From NCBI GenBank assembly GCA_002269645.1, contig NIVC01003197.1:48433-112432 (forward strand): 64,000 nucleotides of DNA, read 5' to 3'. How positions within the stretch are numbered: position 1 is the first letter of the stretch; the number at the start of each line of letters is the position of its first letter. Position numbers and translations under genes: made by a program. Source of the DNA: Macrostomum lignano (lineage: Eukaryota). Below are positions 1 through 11,722 of this stretch, piece by piece. The notes below the pieces were generated by a model, which saw only the letters and a program-made list of their open reading frames with translations, was not told the DNA's origin and searched no databases.

Positions 1-1064
1 AAATCGGACTTCCGACTAGAGGGGCACTGCACTTACCTGCCCCTAGTGTCTTTTAGCTGTCTATCTCGAAGTCATAGCCGAATAAAAGGGACGCTGCTGG
101 GACTAAGATCTCATTGGCCATGCAGGGACAGAGAGGACTTTTGCAGGGGGTTCTTGCGCTGGCGAGCCTTCATACACTACTAAATGTACTATTTCATTAC
201 CAAATTCCCAGAAGTACATGTATAAGTACACGTAACTGCACGCTTTTGGCGCTAAATGTGTTAACACGTCGACAAATAGCGATGATGTAGATGTATTGTT
301 ACTTTTGGAGACCTTCAGACTAATATTTATCTCGTTTTAGCCGCTTAGCTGCCTGAGACCGCGCGAAGCGCCAGTCTGGCACTTATAATTCGCATGCTTA
401 TCATGATTTCTTAGATCGACTGATTGACTGGGAACTGTGCCGCTTCCGGTCCACCGTGACCTCTGCCTCTAGATTTAGCCGCTCATCTCAGCTGGCATTG
501 CGAAAAAGAAAGAAAACGCTAAGTCTTTAACTTCCAGATTTAACTTTCTCACTTAATCCGCAATCCTAAACACTTTAGATTGAGTTAGAGCGAATGGCTA
601 CTTTTAATATTAACTGACACTTCTGCCTCGAGATTGGCACACAAAAGCAAGTAAGCAAAAGTGCAAATCCTATCAGACTACCTAGGAAGTGGTCAGTCAG
701 ACAAAGGGTGCACCCAGTTAAGCAGGTCAAGAGAGCCTCTCACCAAACCAATCGGAGGATCTATCTGCCGGTAGCCAAGGAATCCACAGAGACCGAAGCG
801 CTCAGATGGGATGCTGATGCTGATCTTGACTGACGATCGCCGCCGCTACTCTTCACTTGCCGATGGTCGGTGCTGCTTTTGGTTCGCGGCCGGGAAAGAC
901 TGGTGACGTCTCCCGAGGGAAAACTTAGCTGCTGAAGCCGAAGCTGCCGGGGGAAGGGGGACCAGATGCCGAAGGGGCAGCCGGAACAAGACACTAGCAA
1001 GTCCGGAAACACCCGAAGGGTCGGGAACGCAAAATGTTACTCGAGCGCGGGTCGAGTTGCCGTC

Positions 1065-1196
1065 TTTTATAGCTCTCACGCGGCCGATTTGTTATAACGC
1101 ACGCCGAATTTTCCGATTGGCTGAGAGCTTTTGTTAAAATAGGCGCCGAATTTTTTGATTGGTCGAGCCGGGGGCAGTCAGGTCGACTCTGATTGG
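1065..1196 (-). promoter_or_regulatory. Putative Pol II promoter (TATAAAA plus three CCAAT boxes) facing leftwards
   Basis: Minus-strand TATAAAA at 1065-1071. CCAAT boxes in the same orientation at 1116-1120, 1158-1162 and 1192-1196. GC-rich sequence follows downstream. No convincing ATG-started ORF found. Confidence 0.45.
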
Positions 1197-3492
1197 CTGA
1201 GCTCAAGACCCCAAAACCCACCCCATCAGGTGGCCTTCAGACCCCAGGGAAGTTGACAGGTGCGGTCATAAATCATAAGCAAAACATAATAAAAGTCACT
1301 TGTCTAGACATCCTGGCGCCAAAAGTGACATCAAAACGCCCATAAATCAAAGGAGAAAGCAACAGAGCGAGTGGGGAGAAAGCTGGAAAGACCTCTTTGA
1401 CCCAGACAGGCTGGAGCCAAAAGTGACAGCTAGACGGCCATAAATCACTGAAAACAGTAAAAAATTCACAAATCTGGGGGTCAGAACGAGGTTGAAAACG
1501 TTCCTCCCAGACTTAGTGTCGCCTGTCTAGACTGTTGGAGGTCAATCCATCTCAAACCCAGACAGTCTGACCTTCAAAGGTGCATAAACAATCCAAAATT
1601 AGAATCCTACGAGAAGTACATTGAGTTTCTAACATAACTAATAGTACTGGCATAAATTAGCATAGAACTTAGCCTAGATGAGAGAATGGAGAGAAATTCC
1701 TAAGCTAGCCTACTGACAGTAGGGGAAAAGCGCATCGAAGCAAAATGTGCGGTTCTAAGATTGAAAAAGTTGCGTCCTCATCACTTTGATTCGGAATCTG
1801 GATTGCAAAGCCAAGTCAATTTATAGCTACTGAACATTGTACATGTACATATATAGGCCTACCTTGAAGTGTATAGCCCAGTCCTTCTTTGACTTAGCCA
1901 TTAATTGGAGTTAGGCGTTTATAATCTCGAAATTTCACATCTTCGAAATACAGAATCTTCTACAAGCTCTAAAATTCACATGCCCTGTAATTTCAAAAGC
2001 TTAAAGTGAATTGAAGTTGGTAAATAATCAATAAACTTTTCTACGATTATACATGCATGCATGTACATGTTTATGAGGCTTCAAGCTTGTGAAATCGACC
2101 AAAAATTTTAGTTTTCTATGATGTGATGAATTTTTGTTTTGAGCTAATTGGAGTTTACTAGCGGTCTTCGATCAACGTTTTGAAATTTCGAGCTTGTAAA
2201 ATTAAGCGACCCATCAATCATCCACGTACAGTACTACTCGTATGCCAACTGGCTATCAATGATCAAGTCGAATGGTTCATGCAACGCTTGCTGATTCCCA
2301 GATCCCAGGTCCCAGATCCCTCACACTGAGTGAGGCGCAGGTGGCTGTCAAATCCGCTCATAAACAATGATTTATGACCCCAAAAGTAGCGAAGACCGCG
2401 CCTATGTTATTATGACTACAGGTATGGAGAAATCATATAGCTACAAAGATCCTACTGGTATGAATTCTAGGAAAATTACATAGAAATGAGAAAAATGCCC
2501 ATAGCCTGCTGTTAGTAGGCTAACAAATTTGGAACCCATTTGCGAGCGTGAAATTTGAAAAAAATGCGTCCTCATCAATTCGTAGAAGTATTTGCTACTT
2601 TTTATATCTTATGGGAGTGGAGACTTATAAAATACGGATCGGGTCAGATTCAGGATCCGAGATCCGTATAAGATAAGCAATTAATTGATTATAACAAATC
2701 AGCAATGATTAGGCGTCAGAACGGGGGGTGGGGGCGAGCCATGGCTCATGGGGGTACCAGCCCCCCGCCCCCAATTTTGAAAAGTTCCGACGCCTATGCC
2801 CAGTGCCAATCCTTCAAAAAGGTGCTCGAGTGACTCTGCGTCACTGTACCTCTGCAGCTTATACATACATGTGTACGGTGCTGCAAGATTGCAACTGCTG
2901 TTTTCATGAGGTTGCCTCCAAGGACTGCTGTATACATGTAGCAAATGCATACATGTAGCTGCTGATGTCTGAGGCAATGTGTGGCAGCAGCAAATATGCA
3001 AAATTGCTCTCTATTGTCAGTCTTTCACAGCATAGCAGTGTCAACTGGGGCTGAAGCTTTACAAGTATTTACTACTCACATGTAACTGTTAAGTTTTGAA
3101 CTTATCCGGTGCGAGGGAGTGTCACAAATTGCATTTATTATAGTCTCTTCTTATTGAGACACGTACCCTACATGTTTCATTTTTTCAGATAAAAGAATTC
3201 AAAAGTTGAAGAAATTGCCTTATTACATTGTGCTTTACATGTACATGTACATTTACAGCAGTACATGCACATATGTAACGGGACTTAAGCTACAATTGTC
3301 CCATAATATGGTATACACGCACTTTACACGGTACATTGTATCAGATGCTTTTTTCGATAGTTCCTGCATATAAATTTATCAACTAAAATGTACGCGTGTA
3401 TGGCTAGCTATTCATTTTCTTGGGGTGTTTTTTGCTGTCCATCATTTTCAGTATGTTCCTATCGACAAGAGCTCGAGTAGTCAGTTGAGTAA

Positions 3493-6400
3493 TTATTTTC
3501 CGTCGCGAAGAACCTCAGGCGAGCACGAGGTCACCAGCCGCCGCTTGCCGAGCGGGATCAGGTGGCGATAGTTGTCCACCATCTGCTGCTCCCGGTCGCC
3601 GGTCGGCGAAGCGTGGCCGCAGGACAGACTGCGAAGTTGGGCGAACTGCGGAGGAATTCGGAGTTGAGTGTCGGTTTGTTTGCGTTATCTAATTACATAT
3701 CTTACTACGAAGTAAAGTAAAATCAGGGACTACTTAAACTAGGGACTGGAAACTGGCCAAATCATGCAAAAAATTGTTGGAGGCTGGTTTTTTCTAGCCC
3801 TCTCTAGAACTTATTATTGAACGTAGAAAGCTAGTTTTTCGCCATCCTGTACAGAATTTATCCCTCTACAAGATACACAACTTACTTTTTATCAAGCTTC
3901 ATTTTGAGAGTAGCAGTGAGCTCTTTTGTACAGGACCCCTCTTTTCACAGTGTTTTATAGAGAGAATGCCTTATAAAAATCTGCAGTCAGACGGCTTGTT
4001 GTCTATGCTATAAAACGCATCACTATACATGTAGCACTTGTTTATCAATTGAGCATGCAACGAAGGCTTGGCTTTAGTCTGTCTGATGACTGATAGAGCC
4101 TGATGCATGTATAAGAATGAAGAGCTTAGCTAAAGGCGAAAGAAACTCTAGCAAGCCAACTTTTTTCAAGCCAAGTTCACGAGACCCCGTCAGGTGGAAC
4201 ATCAACGCTGAGCTACCCGGACCGGATGTAGCGAGGCTGCGGCAGCTGCTAGAGTACAAAGAGAACTTGTTCGCCAAGCACGAGTTCGACCTGGGCACGA
4301 CGGAGCTGCTGCAGCACCAGGTCGAACTGGAAACGGGAACGCGGCCGCACCGGCAAATCCAAGCAGCGCCGTCTGCCTCGGTCTGTGTGAGACCAGGTGG
4401 ATAATAAGATCGTACAGATGCTGGACAGCAGCATCATCGAGCCGTCGTCGTCGCCATGGGCAAGCAACCTGCTGGTGGTCCGTAAGAAGAACGGCAAAAT
4501 GCACGGACTGTCGGCAGCTGAATACCTGTACGGTCAAGGACGCGTACCCGCTGCCGCAGGGGGGGGGCGTAGCCCAGCGGTAGCTCAGCTGCTCTGGTGT
4601 GCCAGCGACCCAGGCTCGATTCCAAGTGCAGTCACATTAATTTGGGGCTGAATTGGAATCTCGGCTTAGATCTGCTCGTGCAATTAACGGCCTTGAGAGC
4701 CAACCCCCCAAGGCGCAGTGAAGTGTACATGCCTAACGATAAAATATAGTTAGGGCCACTGTACACTCCTGTGTGAGTGTGTGCCTGCGTACGTATCCGC
4801 GCGCTTGTATGCCTTGCTCAGGGGAGTCGGCGGAATGGGCAGTAATGCCTCTCGCCGGTTGTGTGCCTATGTCGCTTAAAGTGCGCCAGGGTGCACACAA
4901 CCCCCCTGCCTCTAATAAAAAAAATACAAACCCGCTGCCGCACATTCAGCAAGCATGAATGCTCTGGTCGGGTGCTTCTGGTTCTCCACCATCGACCCAT
5001 GGCTACCACCAGGTGGAGGTGGCGGAAGAGGACCTGCCTTCTATTCAACCCGCGGCTTGATGCAGTTCCGTAAGACGGGCTTTGGAATTTGCAATGCCCC
5101 AGCGACGTTGCAGCGGCTGATGGAGCTGGTGATGTCCGGTCTGTCCTGGGACCCTTGCTGACTTACATCGACGACATCATCGTCTTCAGCAGGACCTTCG
5201 ACGAGCATCTAGTGAGGCTTGAGCTTGAGCGCGTTTTTCAACGGCTGCGAGATGCGGGTCTCAAACTGCACAAGGCGAAGAGCGTGTTCGGCCATCGCCA
5301 GGTGCTGTACCTGGGACACCTGATCAGCGACCAGGGTTGCACCGGACCCCAGCAAGTTTGAGGTCATTCGCAGCATCCCTAGTCGAAAGTTGGTCGAAGA
5401 GGTGAAGTGGTTCCTCGGCATGCTGCTACCGCCGATTCATTGAAGGGTTCAGCCAGACGGCGAGAGTCCTGCACGATGCGTGAAATCGAGAGACTTCGCA
5501 TATGGACCGGCGACTGAGAGCAAGCTCACAGTAAAGGAAAATTGACCGCAATAAGCAGGCGCAGGGAGTTCTGATTCCTCCGAATTCCTGGAGTTGGTTT
5601 CCAGGGAAAGCTGGCATACCGGCCTGAGTACATATTTGTGAAATTTTAAATGCCTATATGTCCACAAAATATATCTAGCAATACGTACGTACAGTCACCG
5701 ACTAAATGAACCGAGTGTGGCTCGGTTTCAGAGTAATTGCAGAGCAACTGTAATGACAAGGAAGATTTTATTTTTTATTCAGTTATTCAAGGCTACAAGC
5801 TTAACTGAATAGCGATGATGCTTGTGCAGAAACCCTAGACATTTCAATAAGACGTTTGCTATGTTAAATTCCCTAGAGAAAAGGGAGATCCTGTGCAAGA
5901 AAGCTCACCGCTCCTCTCAAAATGAAGCTTGACAAAAAGTAAGTTATGCATCTTGTAGAGGGATAAATTCTGTACAGGATGGCGAAAAAACAGCTTTCTA
6001 CGTTTAATAATAAGTTCTAGGGAGCGCTAGAAAAAACCAGCCTCCAACTATTTTCTGCATGATTTGGCCAGTTTCCCATCCCTAGTTTAAGTAGTCCCTG
6101 TGTAAAATATGAAGTACATCACACACCGTATTTTCTATGCGTGCGCCTTTTGCATTTTGTACATGTATCACAGCAATATCAGCGTTTTGCGTGACCTCTC
6201 TCTTGTATGACCTCCAACTGCTTTTATGACCTCCATCTTTCTTTGCATATCTGTGTTTTGCATATCTTCCTGCTTTTGTGCCTTCTGCCTTTTTCGGAGT
6301 CGTTCCGCGTCTACATGTATCTTTGCATAAACCTGCTTTTGTAATTTGCATACAATTTTATAATCTTTTGTGCGTATTTCGCAAACATACGAATACGAAT

Positions 6401-9235
6401 ACCTTAACGTTCCTCAAGTATATCACATTTGTCCACCGACAAGCGAGTTGATGTGTGTCGAAATTTAGATGACAAGCGGTGCAAAGTTATCGTTTGTATT
6501 TGACGGTAGAATCAGGAATCTTGAGCGCATGGCTCTAGGCGGGGTCTTGAGAGGAAGAAGGGCTGAAACCGAGAGGGGAGCTCTGCGAAAGAAAGAGTGT
6601 ACTGCCATAGACTAACTAAACAATAACAGAACGAAAGTTGAGCGAAGCTTAAGTCACATAATATACAACATAGACAGAAAAACAATAATGCACTGAAGCT
6701 ATTAGGCTGAGCTCTAATGCACAACACGAGTCATCAAGGATAACTGAATAAGAATTGGCCTAGCCAATGCTGGACCAGTCGGCGTGATCGTAGCTACGCT
6801 CGTAATTAGACTCAACGCAAACACAGTTCGTGATGCTAAGCGGTTTTCAAGTACATGTAAGAAGTTTAAAGTAGACATCGTTGTGCGGCTGGGTCAACTT
6901 ACAAGACCATACAATGGTCCGATGGTCGAAGTGGATGCAGATCATTCAATGTTAGACTGAGACGCTAAAATCTACATGATATCCTCAAATTGTTACTTGA
7001 GAACGACAAAACTCTGAGAGATCCTGTGTGATCCTGTCAGTTTCTACGCGAACTATGGGTTCAATTCTAGAGTTTTGAGTTGAGAAGAGATCCTTATTTG
7101 GATGGACCATTGGATCTGAACGCTGTTGCAATGTCTCGGCGTTTCTAGTCGACTGCATGGTCAGGCAAGTTATCGATTGGTCCGGATCTTTACCTCAGGC
7201 GATCGAGCTACAATCTCTTCATGTTTTCAAGCTGCGAAACAGCTACATGTAATTAAGTTTGCTCACCTGTTCGGCACTCATGGTGATTGGCTCCCGAAAC
7301 ACGGTCCACTGCACGGACTCAAAGCACGGCGGCGTGGTCAGCGAGCCCTCGTACGAAAAAATCTCGGTCAGATTGGCCGGCAGGAAGTTCGCCAGGTTGA
7401 TTGGCTCAGCGAGCGGTACTTTCGAGCCAGGAGCCCGGATCTTGTCGAAGTGCTGCAGCACCCGAGCCATTGCCGGGTGCTCCGCTCCTATCTGTGGCCG
7501 CAGGGATTTGAGTTTAGTGTGAGTTGGCTACTATAGTATCAATCAAATGCGGGATTTGACGCCACCATAAATAGAAATGGGTTTCCAATGCAAGCAGCTA
7601 GTCATTGCAGTTAAACAGTAAAATACACGTGTACTGCGTATAGACGAAGACAAACGATTCCTTACTTTTGGGAAGGCACTATACGTTTAAGCTAAACAGG
7701 CTTGACGCAACATGCCAACCCAAAACTATCAAGCGTATGCTAACAGAGGCGTACATAGGGGCGTAATTTTGGTGTCAGATGTACATATTTAGCGCCCGAG
7801 GCGAGGTCTTCTAATACCTATTTTTTAACCGATAGACCAGCGTGAAGTACGCGGCCCGCAATGCCTACGGTATATCTGCAATCTGCTCTTACATCTACGA
7901 AAACTCCCAAAACGGCGAGTCCATCCTTGATGGCGGCAGCCTCCTGGAAGCTGGAAAACTTGCCAGCGTTCCAGTGCACCAGGTGCAGCTCCGCTGGGAA
8001 CAACCGACCGTTGAGCGCGTGCTCGCTGCCCCAGGAGTCTCCGGAGCCCCAGTGCATGTGGAACTGGGCAAACTGGTAGCGGCACAGAAGAGGTCCGCCT
8101 TCCACGGCTGAGTGCGGGTTTGAGCGGAAGGATTCATGGTTGATTCAGTTATTTGGATACTGCTATTCTCCGATCACAGTGGTGTCTCCCCCGGACTCCC
8201 CCGAGTGTTTGCAGCTCGGCTCCTTAGTTCGTATTACAAGCGCAAACATGTTATGCAATGCAGACAGAAAGACTTGAGAGTTCTTATTAAGCTCTCGATT
8301 AAAAGACTCTGTAAACTATATTTAAAGTATATAGCACAGTACCACTGACTCAGAGCCTTCTGAAGCTGAAGCTCATTCATCAAACCTGCTCAAAGATTCA
8401 ATACTCACTGGCCAAATCGCCGCTCCCGCTGGCCACCTGGAAGCTGTGGCCGGTGTTGCTCAGCTGACAGTCGGGCAGGTCCTGGTAGGCGCACCTCAGC
8501 GGCGGATTGTTGAGCTTAGCCGAGAACACCGCCTGCCCGAAATCCAGGTTCACTGGCGACTGAAACGCCCCCGCGGCCTTTGGAAAGAACCGGGACCAGG
8601 TGTGCGGTCCTGCGTTGCGCAAGTGCAAATTCAAAGGATTTGAAATTCAACCAAGGACTTAGAATTTTTTAAAGTCGTTTGCGGCACCGAAAATTTCAAA
8701 TAAAACGGAATTAATTTTTATAGATTCAACATGTGGGTTTTTTTGCGGGGCACCATTTTTAACAGGGGTGCACCATGAGTCATTCTTTCCAGCTGTCTGC
8801 AGTGGTAGTAATGAAAATGAGACGTAGGATATGCATGAACATGTTAGATCGACGCAAAATGAGTTTGTGTTCTTGTAATCGGAACAATTTCTGTTTTGTT
8901 CTGTTGAACACCAAAACATCTGTTCTCCAAAATTACTGGAGAATGTCCGTTTCAAAACTCGATATTGACTGAGATTCCTACTGAAAACCCATCCGACCTT
9001 ACATGTACGTCGTCGAAACGTGCTAATAACTTTCTATCAGAGTCTTGTCGTCCGAGCGATCAGAAGTGCAACTCATTTAGTCTTCTTTCACATACAGGTA
9101 CTATATCTATATGTACATTATACTCTCGCACGTCTCAGGCAGCCATGGGACACCCCGGTGCGCATAGCCCAACTTTAGCTTCTCACCATTTTCATTGTCG
9201 TATCCCCAGCTCGGTTGCTTCTTGCCGCGCTGCAT
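3493..9235 (-). CDS. Alpha-carbonic anhydrase, cytosolic type, 5 exons, 280 aa
   Basis: Exons (minus) 9235-9187, 8609-8409, 8107-7893, 7491-7267, 3645-3493; all GT-AG and phase-compatible (843 nt). Motifs: SWGY..NGPHTW, QSPVN, NTGHSFQV (His64 equivalent), QFHMHWG and AELHLVHW (three Zn ligands), GSLTTPPC, MVDNYR. No signal peptide. Confidence 0.95.
4190..5540 (+). pseudogene. Degraded Ty3/Gypsy pol (reverse transcriptase) fragment
   Basis: Frameshifted pieces: LFAKHEFDLGTTELLQHQVEL, IIEPSSSPWASNLLVVRKKNG, DCRQLN..VKDAYPLP, FGICNAPATLQRLM, YIDDIIVFSRTFDEHL, VLYLGHLIS, FLGM..YRRFIEGFS. No LTRs seen. Confidence 0.92.
4559..4929 (+). mobile_element. tRNA-derived SINE inserted in the Gypsy RT relic
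   Basis: A box TAGCCCAGCGG (4570-4580), B box GGCTCGATTCC (4613-4623), A-rich tail. Exact 13-bp TSD ACCCGCTGCCGCA at 4546-4558 and 4930-4942, splitting the RT YPLP motif. Confidence 0.88.
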
Positions 9236-11338
9236 GTTTTAAAAATTATCCTCGGCCGACTTGATCGACTTATAGCTCTCCGGATCTCTGCTGCTGCCAA
9301 GAGTTTTTTTATGAAATTTGATATTTGGAGGAGCAGTTTTTTCTTTTTAACTGAAAAACCTGCCTAATTCAAAAGATCAAGAAGATTTTACGCAGTTGCA
9401 AAGAGGCCAATGAAACTGAAAGCTGGTGATAAGCAGGTGTGTTGAGATTGACAATCTCTTAGCAATAGCTATTCGTATACTCGTACAGCTCAACTGAGTA
9501 GCGCGTCTCTCTCGAGTAGCTTGCTAAGATCTACATGGTGGACGACTTATGGCAGCGGAATCAATTGATAACGCGCTCCTGCAGTGCAGTCGACTAAAGG
9601 TATCTGCAGACCCCCGCGTGACAGTTTTGGCAAAGATAACGACCACCCGAATATTGTGCAGAATCATTTCACATTTGCGCATGCATGCACACTGTTTTCA
9701 TACAGTATAAGTGACTTTTTAGCATCGCTGCATGATTGCTTTTGTTTCAAAGACACAATTTTTTAACTGAAACAAACGGTAGGCCATCTAGATCGTACTG
9801 TGTACCAAAGCTGTCCCAAAACAGAGGCAGTAATCGATGTAATTTAATGTAATTTGAATCAACTGAATGAGTAAATAAAAATGTTACAGTTCTATCACTT
9901 TTTTACTTGTTTCAAAATGTTAATCTCTTCAAAAGTTATGGCTAAAATATAACAGGAGGTGGGGAGAGTTATAATAAATAAAGTCTGTTACAGCACCGCC
10001 ATCGCCATCTACTGATGGCGATTCATCACTACACCTGTAATTCCTTCACTTTATCATCAGCCATTGTTACTGGAGAGGTTGGATGATCATCACGGTTGGG
10101 CTGTGTCATGCAGTATCATCTGTACGTCCAATGATGAAGCGCACCTCAAGCCGGCGATATATGCATACAAGACAGTCATAGAAGAGATCAGAGATTTCAT
10201 ACAGCTACATGGCTACCGTAACAACATTTATTAATTGCTTCCTCGCTTCCCCAGTTCTACTGCAGTAGAGAATATAACTGACGTTGAATATTTGGAAGAA
10301 ACACCACCAAGTATATTTTGAGCAACTGAAAAAGAAAATGAAAACATTCCCCAGTAGATTTGCCTCTATTAGAGTCGATTTGCTCAGCGCGATTTCTTTC
10401 GGCAACTGCGATCGGTTTTTATTAGTTGTTCCTGTCTGGACCATATCGGTGCTTACGTTTCCATTCTCTCTTCTTTTTTTCTTTTCTTTTATACATGCTT
10501 CTGTTTTTCCATAGCTCCTTCTGCTCATTTTGCATTCCTCGTTGCAAAAGATCAAGTCTATAGTCAAACTCGCGGGTTTGAAAAACTATATAACCCCTTA
10601 ACCCCCAGATGTTATATTTTTAATTTTTATAGTCGATCATAACTTTCGAATATAAATAAACATCATATTTTAAACGGTGCGATGATCGAAGTAAGTTACA
10701 TTAAATTCTGATTCCAGAGTTCTGAGTCGATACATTGATTTTCCCGCTATAAAATGCAAGGCCACATATGGAAGAGACAACAAGCCGTCTCGGATGTACA
10801 TGCATGTAATGAATATTCAGGAACGATAGCGATGGGCTTTCCAAGCTTGGTAGAATAAGTCTAAGACAAACATTAAAATTTTCAGTACAGATGATACAAT
10901 AAAAAGATATAGCATATCTCTTAGCAAATGTCAGAGGCCCGTGGGTCTGAATCAGCTGAATAAAAGGACAAGGCCGGGGACTAGCAAAAATTATTTAGTC
11001 TTCTTAACTCGTCCTTTTCCGGAATATTAACAAATTGGCAGCTTCAGTAGCTATGGCTCCGATTGCGAGGACGAATCCAGTAATGATCTACTTACGAAGA
11101 AGTCATTGAATTTGCAGTCAGGCCTTATATATAAAGCTTTTTCTACAATGCCGCAGTCGCAGCGCCGGATTGGACAACATATGCATTGATATTTATGTCT
11201 AGGTTTTACTTACATTTTTTATAGAAATAAAAATTTAATTTATATATAAAGAAAGTTCACCATACATTTTATAACTTCCTAAAAAGTACTAACTACTTGT
11301 TAACACCGATGCAGTCTTTAACGTTGACTGTTACCTTA

Positions 11339-11722
11339 GGGTCTCCCTAAAACACGCCCCGCGCCGCCCCGAACCGTTACACATTATAACAAATTTGGCT
11401 ATAACTGAAAACATTTAAAAGTTAGTTAGTTCTCTGTTAAGCTTCAAGTTTGTATCGAATTTAGTTTTTTCACTATGAAATATACAATTCGGTAAATAAT
11501 AAGCGATATTAATAGTAATATTAGTAAAATAATAATTATAAAATTTTTTAAAATAGAAACGAGAAAATGAAAAATAATGCTATTATTTAGAATAATGATT
11601 GAATTTATTTATTCCATTACTCTTACAACAAATACTTTTCTCTGCAATCAAATACTGCATTGACAAAAAATGTTATAATGTGTAGCGGTCGGGGCGGTGC
11701 GGGGCGTGTTTTAGGGAGACCC
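11339..11722. mobile_element. MITE with about 55-bp TIRs and 9-bp TSD (Mutator-like)
   Basis: GGGTCTCCCTAAAACACGCCCCGC... at the left end and its reverse complement ending at 11722. Exact TSD GTTACCTTA at 11330-11338 and 11723-11731. AT-rich non-coding interior. Confidence 0.88.

Larger units (their letters stand above)
3724..6100. mobile_element. Non-autonomous hAT-like DNA transposon in the last intron of the carbonic anhydrase
   Basis: Imperfect inverted repeats of about 230 bp (3724-~3950 and ~5875-6100) starting CAGGGACTACTTAAACTAGGGA. Flanking 8-mers AGTAAAAT / TGTAAAAT (7/8 match) fit an 8-bp TSD. No transposase ORF. Confidence 0.85.

Noticed and set aside
30-45. ACTTACCTG resembling the U1 snRNA 5' end
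   Set aside because: No U1 stem-loops or Sm site follow; it is simply a minus-strand CAG|GTAAGT donor-like sequence.
2708-2798. Tiny element with TAGGCGTC(A/G)GAAC inverted ends
   Set aside because: Ends look hAT-like but I could not find a TSD; too short to call.
8755-8800. Alternative CA first exon (NDSWCTPVKNG)
   Set aside because: Weak donor and no ATG; 9235-9187 has ATG, the canonical SWGY motif and a strong GTGAGA donor.
10205-10567. 120-aa minus ORF and overlapping 76-aa plus ORF
   Set aside because: AT-rich, no recognisable motifs and unlike the codon use of real exons here.
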